Shown here: positions 44,301 through 52,065 of the stretch, piece by piece
Numbering within the stretch: the first letter of the stretch is position 1
Layout: each line of letters starts with the position of its first letter
Assembly (NCBI GenBank): GCA_965219685.1
Contig: CBDCOH010000002.1
Span: forward strand, 4,160,001-4,224,000
DNA length: 64,000 nt
Source of the DNA: Candidatus Spongiisociaceae bacterium
Lineage (GTDB): Bacteria; Actinomycetota; Acidimicrobiia; Spongiisociales; Spongiisociaceae
Direction of reading: 5' to 3'
Made by a program: the position numbers and the translations under genes
The notes under the pieces: generated by a model
Database searches by the model: none
Seen by the model: the letters and a program-made list of their open reading frames with translations, nothing else
Told to the model about the DNA's origin: nothing

Positions 44301-45862
44301 TCGAGCGCGCGGTGACGGTGACCGTAACCGACGTGGACGAGGACGGGACGTTAACGCTCTCTTCGGCGTATCCCCGCGTCGGGACCTCGGTGACCGCGAC
44401 CCTACGCGACCCAGACGGTGCCGTCTCCGACATAGGCTGGCAATGGGAGACATCCACCGACATCTCCGACCCTCACGGATGGTCGCTTGTCCCGGATGAG
44501 AACAACGCCTCCTACACCCCCACCGACGACGATGAGGAACGCTGGCTGCGGGCAACGGCCTCCTACACAGACCGATACGGCCCCGCCAAGACAGCCCAAT
44601 CCCCGCCCGCGGGTCCGGTCGCGTCAGCGCTCAGCCCCCGCGAGCCCCTGATAAGAGGAGGCGGCGGTGGTGGTGGAGGCGGTGGTGGTGGTGGCTCGGG
44701 TCCGCCGGCCGGTTCGCCCGAGTTCGCTGAAGGGTCGACAGTTGTCCGTTCGGTAGCGGAGAACACCGCGCCCGGAACCAAGATCGGTGATCCCCTGACT
44801 GCGGTGGATCCGGAGGGAGACCCACTCACCTACACGCTGCGCGGCGCCGACGCGGACCTCTTCGACCTGGACACGTCAACGGGTCAGCTACTCACCAGAG
44901 TGGCCCTCGACTACGAAACCGGCAACAGCTACATGGTCACCGTTGACGTGGGAGACAACAAAGACCCCGACGGTGAACCTGACCGAGGTCGTGATGACTC
45001 CATCCGGGTGACCATCCTCGTCACCGACCAAGACGACCCCGGGACCCTCACCCCCTCCGCACCCACCCCACGAGTCGACCAGCCCTTCCACATCGCGCTA
45101 GCCGATGCAGACGGCGGAGTCACCGACCTCGCCTGGAGATGGGAACGATCCCCCAACCGGAACACCTGGGCACCCATAGAAGGCGCCACCGCCCGGACCT
45201 ACACCCCGACCGCCGACGACCAAGGCCACCACCTTCGGATAACCGTCACCTACACCGACACGTTCGGAGCGAACAAGACAGCAACACTCGAGGTCAATGC
45301 AGTTACCAGCGGTGTCCGAACCGGGTTCGAAGACACATCAGCCGACGGTGCGCACACCCCCGCCATCGAGGCCCTAGCCACCGAAGGCGTGTTCGCCGAC
45401 ACCGAATGCGGCCAAAGCCGTTTCTGCCCACACGAACCGATACAACGATGGGTGATGGCAATCTGGATGATCCGCCTCCTCGGCGACGAACCCCCAACAG
45501 TCGGCACGTCCCGCTACGACGACATAGCCGACGGACAGTGGTGGATCCGCTACGTCGAACAACTAGCAGAACTCGGGATCACCGTCGGATGCGACACCAA
45601 CCCACCCCGATACTGCCCCAACGACTCCGTGACCCGAGCGCAGATGGCCACCTTCCTCACACGCGCTCTCCAACTCCAACCCGCAGCCCCCGCCGGGTTC
45701 GCAGACACCGGAGGCAACACCCACCAAGCCGACATCGACGCGCTATACGCGGCAGGCATCACCGTCGGATGCGACAACCACCCCCTCCGATACTGCCCCA
45801 ACGACTCCGTGACCCGAGCGCAAATGGCCTCCTTCCTACACCGAGCCCTCAACAACCTGTAA
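41303..45862 (+). CDS. Surface protein: FN3, cadherin, PQQ-dependent glucose/sorbosone dehydrogenase domain, cadherins, Gly linker, cadherin, C-terminal SLH
   Basis: HPWGIAFTPD, HSGCRLRFGP, GKVLRVD, YTYGHRNLQGL, EHGP..DDEIN…GGNYGW (GSDH); SLH repeats. Start uncertain (41273-41321). Confidence 0.87.
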   Translation: MVDGLGMLSALRWGWRGAAGVPGGCVGLLLLAMLLVPVPAAGGSGSVPARPARPAVTAVSHDSLTLSWADPGDGSITGYQILRRSPDTDVVGVFVVVEDDTATAATTYTDVTVEASTSYVYRVKARNAHGLSLRSGFSRVTTPAAPSPVTETETDSVSARSVRQVIGSSLNQPPEFPATETGDRSVAENTSAGSDVGVPVAATDPDNDSLTYSLGGTHADVFDIVASTGQLRTKAALDYETASSYSVEVEVTDGKDASGSSDDTIDDTIEVTVAVDNVDEPGTVSFAPAEARVGAVLRASLSDPDGPTSVRWTWHTSDDKVDWDQISGASSHITPGDAVEGKWLRASAAYSDGAGGDKTAQGVTADVVAVEEASPKLVVETLVRDGIKHPWGIAFTPDSTMLFTQREGVINARLADGTLKTVTADFSDLYLHLKVGLMAIVVDPDFATNRRFYTCQGHTGMTVQVIAWTIDGDYSAATRVNDPLVGGIETDTQHSGCRLRFGPQGHLWIATGDGRVATGPQDLTSLVGKVLRVDSMTGNAPDSNPIAGSRVYTYGHRNLQGLALRPGTDQMWSVEHGPERDDEINLLTPGGNYGWNPTRDGENYTEDVPMTDVSKFPDAVQAKWSSGLPTLATSGGIFLEGSQWRHWEGRLAVATLKNQTLRVFEFDSDGTLLSEVVPPELNKTGQRLRTPMMGPDGALYIATSITTDDKILKVTPLWPPEFESDTAVFMVPEDVGTADVVATVEATDDNPSSLRYSLSGPDAASFAIADDTVGKLTPATELDHEGKGSYEVTVIAINGNRLRARIALTIIATNVEEPPTVDGPTEVTYPEGSTDDVAVYTASDPEDGELPVTLSGADSTLFTLDAGTLKFKAPPDHEQPGDSGRDNDYNLVVETSDGANTVERAVTVTVTDVDEPPTLDGPTEVTYPEGSTGDVASYTFDDPEERTAQWSLSGTDRQNFGLSGGVLSFVVSPDYENPHDSGKDNDYEAVVRILDGPHTVERAVTVTVTDVDEDGTLTLSSAYPRVGTSVTATLRDPDGAVSDIGWQWETSTDISDPHGWSLVPDENNASYTPTDDDEERWLRATASYTDRYGPAKTAQSPPAGPVASALSPREPLIRGGGGGGGGGGGGGSGPPAGSPEFAEGSTVVRSVAENTAPGTKIGDPLTAVDPEGDPLTYTLRGADADLFDLDTSTGQLLTRVALDYETGNSYMVTVDVGDNKDPDGEPDRGRDDSIRVTILVTDQDDPGTLTPSAPTPRVDQPFHIALADADGGVTDLAWRWERSPNRNTWAPIEGATARTYTPTADDQGHHLRITVTYTDTFGANKTATLEVNAVTSGVRTGFEDTSADGAHTPAIEALATEGVFADTECGQSRFCPHEPIQRWVMAIWMIRLLGDEPPTVGTSRYDDIADGQWWIRYVEQLAELGITVGCDTNPPRYCPNDSVTRAQMATFLTRALQLQPAAPAGFADTGGNTHQADIDALYAAGITVGCDNHPLRYCPNDSVTRAQMASFLHRALNNL

Positions 45863-46260
45863 CACAAACACCACCCTGTGGAACCAGGCACCGCTCGTCT
45901 GCGTCCCCGAAACCCTCGTAACGGAAGAGCTATCCGCTGCCGAAACCGGTGAAGAGCCAGTTAGACCATGTGTTGGGTAAGGACACGGTGGCTGAAGTCC
46001 CACTTGCTGTACCACGTTGTGGGTTGTGTGCACCCGATGCTGGCCTGCGAAGTCTGAACCGCCCCGCCACCGGCCAGAAGCTAACACCCCAAGAGTACCC
46101 GCAACAATCCGGCTCATCCGGATAGCGGCGCTTGCTCGGGCCGGTCCATTTGGCAGAGTCAGGGGTCGACAGAAGGCAACACCGGAAAGCGTCCAAGCCT
46201 CGATCGGATCGTCCCCGTCCCGATCGGCCGGGTCTGTACCGCCACTCGCGAACGCATTAC

Positions 46261-48108
46261 TCAAGTTGGAGGTCGTCCCATTCCCGAGACCGTGAGGTCG
46301 AGGAGGCAGGTGGCGTATTGGTAGGGTGTTTGTTTGATGTGGTTAACGTATACATCGCTTATGTTAACGATATAGCAGAGGTCTCCGTCTGTGGGTTCGG
46401 CTAGTTGACCCGAGTTTGTATCGCCGTGAACTGCCCATACGATTCCGTTTTCGACGCCGGCGACCCGTGAGAGTATCTGTACCTGAACAGGGCCTTGGTC
46501 GTTTGTGACGGTGATTGTCATACTGGAGAAGTTAGCGTTAGGTAGCGTGAACGACCAGCGACTCCAGACCGTCTGTGCTGGTACGTAGCCAGAGGGGGGC
46601 CAGGATACGAAGCCACGTTCCTCGCGAACGTCCGGACGGGACCCCCAGGCGTTGTCGTCCTGTACGTGGAGGGCGTTTGACCTTCGGCCTTGGGGTACGT
46701 CGCCGGTGCCGGTCTCTCGAAGTTGCGGGTAGAGAATCCAGAGTCGGTGACCAACACTGATGTTGTGGAGACCGGAGTCTTGCATATAGCCGTCGATAGC
46801 GGAGACACCAGCTGCTCCGAGTGCGAGGTTGCTGCGGGCTGCGGTGGCAGCGCCGACGGTTGTGTAACAAGCCCAATCGCTGCTCGGATAGTGGGACAGG
46901 TTATTCTCGGCCGACATCATCATGGCGGTCTCGCGCGTGGCTGTGGAGTATTCGGGCCGTTCCGTGACCTGGGGAAGTCCGGCCATCTGCCGGTACCAGT
47001 TGACCCGTCCGATGACGCTGTCGCGGTACTCCTGGCTGGTGGCGCCTACTACACAGTCGGCGATGCTTCCGGTGTATCCGGGATCGGGTTCGGTCCGGTC
47101 GAACTCCGTCGAGTAGGCCTCCAGTACCGCGGATCGGTCCCATGTGTCGATGCCAGGACCTGCGGTGGCGTTGCCGGCGGTCTTCGTCCGAGTAAACGGC
47201 AACGAAGGAAGGTTGCCTCTGTTCTCCCTGTCTGTGACCGCATTCCCGGGTACCCGTACCATCACGGTTCCATCCGCAGCCGGTTCGATCAGCGCCCGGT
47301 AGGACGACCCTGAACCGCTGAGGCTCGTGACGCTGCCGTTGACGACATCTATTGCTTTGCTAGTCAGTCCGGTCACCGGTTGAGAAAAGCGGATCTCCAC
47401 TTCGAAAGCACCGCTTACTTCCCGCTCGTCCGGTGAGCTGACTTGAACCGATACGTCGCCTGTCGCTCGAGCCCGGGTGAGGAAGGATGACATCTGAGCA
47501 CGGGTGACGTCGCCGCGAGGGCAGAACCGGGCCGGACCCGTCCCACAACCCTTCGTGACCCCGGCAGCGGCCAACGCGTTGATCCCAGCCGCATGAACAC
47601 TGCCCGCAATATCGACGAACCCGGCGTCCGGTCCCGTCGCTAGACGGAACGCCCGAGTCAGGAAGGTCGCCATCTGTCCCCGGGTCACCGTGTCCCCCGG
47701 ACAGAACCGGGCCGGACCCGTCGCGCAACCCCGGGTAACCCCCAAATCAGCCAAACGCTCGACAAACGGTGTCCACCACAAACCAGCATCTATGTCCGAA
47801 AACCGAGATGGCCCCGAAACGACCGGATCTACACCATCCAGAACCCGAACCAGCCACACCGCCATCACCCAACGCAGGATCGGCTCGCCCGGACAGAACC
47901 GGCCCGCATCGCATGCGGTTCCCTCGAACACTCCATCGTCGGCCAGAGCCCGAACATCCGACTCGTGAACCCCCGCCTCGCCAACATCAGAAAACCGGTC
48001 CTCACCCCCAGCCGTACCTCCATTACCCAACAACAATCCCACCACCGACAGCACAACCAGACCAGCCCTCACCCGCACCGCAGTACCGCCCCGATGTCTA
48101 CGAGACAT
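46261..48108 (-). CDS. N-terminal SLH, Ig-like domain and CAP (SCP-like) domain surface protein
   Basis: SLH repeats, VEIRFSQPVTG Ig-like domain, VNWYRQMAGL…LSHYP…SNLA…VGHRLWIL (CAP). Start uncertain. Confidence 0.82.
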   Translation of the reverse strand: MSRRHRGGTAVRVRAGLVVLSVVGLLLGNGGTAGGEDRFSDVGEAGVHESDVRALADDGVFEGTACDAGRFCPGEPILRWVMAVWLVRVLDGVDPVVSGPSRFSDIDAGLWWTPFVERLADLGVTRGCATGPARFCPGDTVTRGQMATFLTRAFRLATGPDAGFVDIAGSVHAAGINALAAAGVTKGCGTGPARFCPRGDVTRAQMSSFLTRARATGDVSVQVSSPDEREVSGAFEVEIRFSQPVTGLTSKAIDVVNGSVTSLSGSGSSYRALIEPAADGTVMVRVPGNAVTDRENRGNLPSLPFTRTKTAGNATAGPGIDTWDRSAVLEAYSTEFDRTEPDPGYTGSIADCVVGATSQEYRDSVIGRVNWYRQMAGLPQVTERPEYSTATRETAMMMSAENNLSHYPSSDWACYTTVGAATAARSNLALGAAGVSAIDGYMQDSGLHNISVGHRLWILYPQLRETGTGDVPQGRRSNALHVQDDNAWGSRPDVREERGFVSWPPSGYVPAQTVWSRWSFTLPNANFSSMTITVTNDQGPVQVQILSRVAGVENGIVWAVHGDTNSGQLAEPTDGDLCYIVNISDVYVNHIKQTPYQYATCLLDLTVSGMGRPPT

Positions 48109-48327
48109 CGCGAACCGAACCTGACATGTTTGTATCGACGGCATCGTCCGTCTCCCGAACCGAGAACCACTAACACTGGAACCCGCTCACACCCACCCAA
48201 GACAACTCGGCGCTTTGTTCCACCAAAGCGTCCACCGAAGCGGGCCAACCGCAACTAGTTCTCGACGCTTTGGTATGGCCGTGATCACTAGCAGTGTTCG
48301 ACCGGGTGGTCCTCCACACGTGGCAGC

Positions 48328-50859
48328 TCATCCCTTTTCGCTTCTTGGGGTTCCTCCCGCCTGTATCCATACCGGCTTTGAGTCAAGGCCGGTGGTGAGT
48401 TGTTCGGGATTCTCGCCGTCGAATCCCATAATCCAAATCCCGTGTCCGGGCTCCAACTCGATGGTGTCCGATCTGGATCCTCCATAATCACCGTAGATAT
48501 AACTAGTAGCGTGCCCGTAGACCATGCGGGTGCCGTCCGGCGACAAAACGCTGCCAGCAAACCAAAAACGGTGATCCGTTATCTTCTGTTGGGTGCCCGT
48601 GTTCACATCCACGAGGTAGAAGTTAATGCCGTCGTTGTAGACGAGGCGAGAGCCATCCGGTAGCCATTGCAGATCCCTCGGATCTCTCTCGGGTGTTGCT
48701 ACTTCTCGGTTGTAGTGACCGTCAGCGCTTATGACATAGATCGATTTCCAATCGTAGGTATATGCGAGGAGAGTGCTGTCCGACGACCACGCAATGGAGC
48801 TTATAGGTCCGCTTGCTATTTGCTTTTGGTTCTCCCCACCGGGTCCTGAAACGAAGATACCATGGCTACCGCTGTTTGTGTACGCGAGGCGGCTACTGTC
48901 GGGTGACCACGCTGGGCGATCGGCGTCATAGATTAGGGTTCGGGTACTGTTGTCCGGATCGATGATGACGATGGTGGAGTGGTCCTGTACGTATGTAAGG
49001 TACCTACCGTCGGGAGACCACAGGGGAGTAGGTACCCATCCACAAGCGCCAGCAGCCAGGTATTGTCTGTTGGTGCCGTCAGCCTCGATAAGGTACAGTG
49101 ATCGCCCGTCGTTGTAGGCAATTCTGCTGCCGTCCGGTGACCAGGCAGCCCGCTCTACTATCTCCCGAAGAGTCTTCAACTCGGGGTCATCGGTAGTGTC
49201 CGCCGTCAGAGAAGCCAAAGGCTGTACATTGCCGCCGTCGGCGTTCATCACCAGAAACTCGACCTCGTCGCTGCCTACATAGGCGACTTGTGTACCGTCG
49301 GGAGACCAGGAAGGGTCATGGCCGTGCCATGTGAGTACTCGCTGGCCGGAACCGTCCAACTCCGTCACGAAGATCCCGGGATCCGTCACGCCGTGGCTGT
49401 AGGCGATGCGAGTACTATCGGGCGACCACACCGGTCCCTGATCTCGCTCGTCGGACGTGAGCTGTTTACGGTTGGTACCGTCCGGGTCTATTACATAGAT
49501 TCCCGGGTCTCCGACATAAGCGATCCGGCTACCGTCGGGGGACCACACCGGGTTCCTGCCGTTATCGGCTAGTGTCCTTCGATGATTACCATCAGCATCC
49601 ACCACCCAGACCTCGGACAGTCTGTCCTGGAACTTGCCCGGAGAGTAGGTGACTCCATAGACGAGACGGTCACCGTCAGGGGACCAACGCGGGCTGTAAC
49701 CCTTGTCGGACACCTGCCTCTTCCCGGTGCCGTCACCGCTCATCACCCAAATAGATCCATCATCTGAGGAGTGCGCACCGGCCGTGGCAAAAGCGATCCG
49801 GGTACCGTCGGGAGACCACACCGGACTCAGACCCCTGAACCAGCCCGTTTCAGGACGATACACCGGGCCTTCGACCAGCGGCCTCCTGCCCGTGCCGTCC
49901 GTGTTGACAAGCCACACCTCAGATGATGCCGCAACATAAACAAACCTGGTCCCGTCCGGATGCCAAACCGGGTGGAAACCCCCATCAGAAGTGACCTGGC
50001 TCCGGTCTGTTCCGTCAGCACCCACCACCCTGATCCCATCGTCACGACCACCGTGATACGCGATCCGGGTGCTGTCCGCCGACCATACCGGGTTCCAACC
50101 CACATGGTCAGTCAGCCGCGTCGGGTTCGAACCATCCGCGTTCATCACCCAAATCTGTCTACCAACCGTGCGGCTGAAAGCGATACGCGGCTCCGGTGGC
50201 ACATATTCACGGGCTCGGTTGAGGAAGGACGACATCTGTGCTCGGGTCACATCCCCACTGGGGCAGAACCGGGCCGGCCCCGTACCACAACCCTTCGTGA
50301 CCCCGGCAGCGGCCAACGCGTTGATCCCAGTTGTGTGGACACTGCCCGCGATGTCTACGAACCCTGCGTCCGGTCCCGAAGCGAGATCGAACGCTCGACT
50401 CAAGAACGTCGCCATCTGCGCCCGGCTCACGGAATCCAGCGGACAGAACCGGGCCGGACCGCTGGCACAGCCTAAGGTAACCTCCAAATCAGCTAAACGT
50501 TCCACATAAGGCGCCCACCACAAACCAGCATCCACATCCGCGAACCGTGACGAACCCGAACCAACCGGGTCCTCACCGTCCAGAACCCGAACCAGCCACA
50601 CCGCCATCACCCAACGCTCAACCGGATCCCCCGGACAGAACCGATCCGTACCACACTCGGTACCCTCAAACACCCCATCAGCCGCCAGAGCCCGAACAGC
50701 CCCCTCATGAACACCCGCCTCGGCAACATCAGAGAACCCGTCCAAAGCCTCCGCCACGGACCTACCAGCACCCACCGACAACACAACCACCGACAACACA
50801 AGCACCCCAACACCCAAGAACCGCCCGACGGGCCGAACCCTCACGTCGAGCCCACCCAC
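48328..50859 (-). CDS. N-terminal SLH plus TolB/PD40-like beta-propeller repeat surface protein
   Basis: SLH repeats followed by more than ten PxWSPDGxRIAY repeats. Confidence 0.87.
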   Translation of the reverse strand: MGGLDVRVRPVGRFLGVGVLVLSVVVLSVGAGRSVAEALDGFSDVAEAGVHEGAVRALAADGVFEGTECGTDRFCPGDPVERWVMAVWLVRVLDGEDPVGSGSSRFADVDAGLWWAPYVERLADLEVTLGCASGPARFCPLDSVSRAQMATFLSRAFDLASGPDAGFVDIAGSVHTTGINALAAAGVTKGCGTGPARFCPSGDVTRAQMSSFLNRAREYVPPEPRIAFSRTVGRQIWVMNADGSNPTRLTDHVGWNPVWSADSTRIAYHGGRDDGIRVVGADGTDRSQVTSDGGFHPVWHPDGTRFVYVAASSEVWLVNTDGTGRRPLVEGPVYRPETGWFRGLSPVWSPDGTRIAFATAGAHSSDDGSIWVMSGDGTGKRQVSDKGYSPRWSPDGDRLVYGVTYSPGKFQDRLSEVWVVDADGNHRRTLADNGRNPVWSPDGSRIAYVGDPGIYVIDPDGTNRKQLTSDERDQGPVWSPDSTRIAYSHGVTDPGIFVTELDGSGQRVLTWHGHDPSWSPDGTQVAYVGSDEVEFLVMNADGGNVQPLASLTADTTDDPELKTLREIVERAAWSPDGSRIAYNDGRSLYLIEADGTNRQYLAAGACGWVPTPLWSPDGRYLTYVQDHSTIVIIDPDNSTRTLIYDADRPAWSPDSSRLAYTNSGSHGIFVSGPGGENQKQIASGPISSIAWSSDSTLLAYTYDWKSIYVISADGHYNREVATPERDPRDLQWLPDGSRLVYNDGINFYLVDVNTGTQQKITDHRFWFAGSVLSPDGTRMVYGHATSYIYGDYGGSRSDTIELEPGHGIWIMGFDGENPEQLTTGLDSKPVWIQAGGTPRSEKG

Positions 50860-51068
50860 GAGGACACACCAAATCTATCGCTAACCAGCACCAGATTTGC
50901 CGGAGAGTGTTCTACTTGACACCAGCGGACTAGGGCTGGGGCGCGTTCAAGGCGGTACATGTCCTCCCTTAAGACTTGGTCGGCTTCCCTGCCTTCGGGA
51001 ACCTTCTGTCTTGATCCATACCCGCACCGGTGTTGAGAACAGTCCAGATAGTGCCCGAAGTTCACCCC

Positions 51069-51133
51069 ACTCTACAAGTCTATAAGTAAGCTGTGCGTGA
51101 GATCCTCGGCTATACGTATGATATTAGTGTTAA
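51069..51133 (-). promoter_or_regulatory. Four-box element copy 4, upstream of the SLH-PD40/SLH-CAP pair
   Basis: Minus strand TTAACA/ATCATA/CTCACG/CTTACT at 0/11/32/43, TAGAGT at +59. Confidence 0.72.
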
Positions 51134-51180
51134 CTCTAGTCCCCTGTGGTCTGCTTGTGGTTTGTCGGCTGTTCCGGGAT

Positions 51181-51301
51181 TGAACCGTCCCTGGTTCACA
51201 GGAGAGCGCCCACCGCAGCGGGTCAACCCCAGTACACCGCGCAGAGGGCATCGTGAACCGCACCGGCTCACCTGAGCGTCCACTCGAGCGGGTCAACCTT
51301 A
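51181..51301. mobile_element. Two tandem ~50 bp IS3-end relics (MITE-like)
   Basis: 51181-51231 and 51254-51301 each start TGAACCG and end GCGGGTCAACC..A. The second matches the reverse complement of the IS3 end at 40688 in 25 of 28 nt. Confidence 0.55.
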
Positions 51302-51327
51302 TCCTGCGGTTGTTCCTCATAAACCAC

Positions 51328-51546
51328 TCATTGCTCCTCTAGGTAGTCGTCCTTCATGGCTTGGACTTCGTTCCGGAGGGCGGTCAGCTTTCGATCCATT
51401 CGGCCTAGTCGGGCGCTGTGGCCTCGGAGGCGTGACTCGATGTTTCCGAGGCGGGCTCGGACTTCGGCGATGTCGTTGGCGATGACGGAGATGCGGTCGG
51501 TGATCCGGCCCAGGCGTCGAACGATGATGGATGTCAGGCTATCCAT
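51328..51546 (-). CDS. Small coiled-coil hypothetical protein (72 aa)
   Basis: Heptad pattern IANDIAEVRARLGNIESRL…LGRMDRKLTALRNEV. Confidence 0.5.
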   Translation of the reverse strand: MDSLTSIIVRRLGRITDRISVIANDIAEVRARLGNIESRLRGHSARLGRMDRKLTALRNEVQAMKDDYLEEQ

Positions 51547-51709
51547 GCGGCAACAATCCGCAGCAGGATGACGAGAGAGAGGGGGAGGAGGTATCCGCAT
51601 CCGCGCCGAGATGGGGGCGCTGCTTCGCCGGGTTTCGCTGCCCGCTCTGCCCTTTGAGAGCTTCGCCTTCTCTGTTGGCCGCATCACGGACCCGACGCTG
51701 GTTGGCCAT
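51539..51709 (-). pseudogene. 5' relic of a paralog of the 58368 SLH-FN3 gene
   Basis: MANQRRVRDAANREGEALKG aligns with MGKQRRVRLAANKEREALNG. After a frameshift, GYLLPLSLVILL aligns with GYVLPSLLVVLL; then homology stops. Confidence 0.7.
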
Positions 51710-51906
51710 ACTCCCCGATCTTCTCCCTCTCCCGTAGCCGGTTGGCCTGCACCAGAATGCGGTACCGGCAAGATCCCGGATGAAATCTCAGGCCGCAGGG
51801 CTGCCGCTACCCCGTAGGGTCCCCTGAACCCTCCTTCCGCCGAGCACCACTCGCTCTGATCCATACCCGCACCGGGCTCAATCCGAATGATGCTCCAAAC
51901 TCCGCT

Positions 51907-51971
51907 ACCCTACAAACTTCAATATAAGATAGCCGTGAGGCAGACAGCCATCTATATGATATATCTATAAA
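51907..51971 (-). promoter_or_regulatory. Four-box element copy 5
   Basis: Minus strand TTTATA/ATCATA/CTCACG/CTTATA at 0/11/32/43, TAGGGT at +59. Confidence 0.72.
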
Positions 51972-52065
51972 CTCTGGGTCAAACGACCGGATCCACCCCA
52001 CCTAACGTCCAATCCGAGCCGCCACACCTACCTGTTGCTCGGGGCTGCTTGTGACCGGGTCAGGG

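Noticed and set aside
34765-44353. bldA-like TTA-codon control of island genes (TTA at 34765, 37939, 38671, 39679, 44351)
   Set aside because: TTA also occurs in core genes (e.g. 9922) and enrichment cannot be shown by eye; a genome-wide count is needed.
45920-45960. GAAGAGCC ISL3-like terminal motifs here and at about 31215
   Set aside because: 8-nt matches are too short to call without adjacent transposase sequence.
48328-50200. Diversity-generating retroelement target in the repeat proteins
   Set aside because: No reverse transcriptase, and no template/variable repeat pair differing only at adenines was seen.
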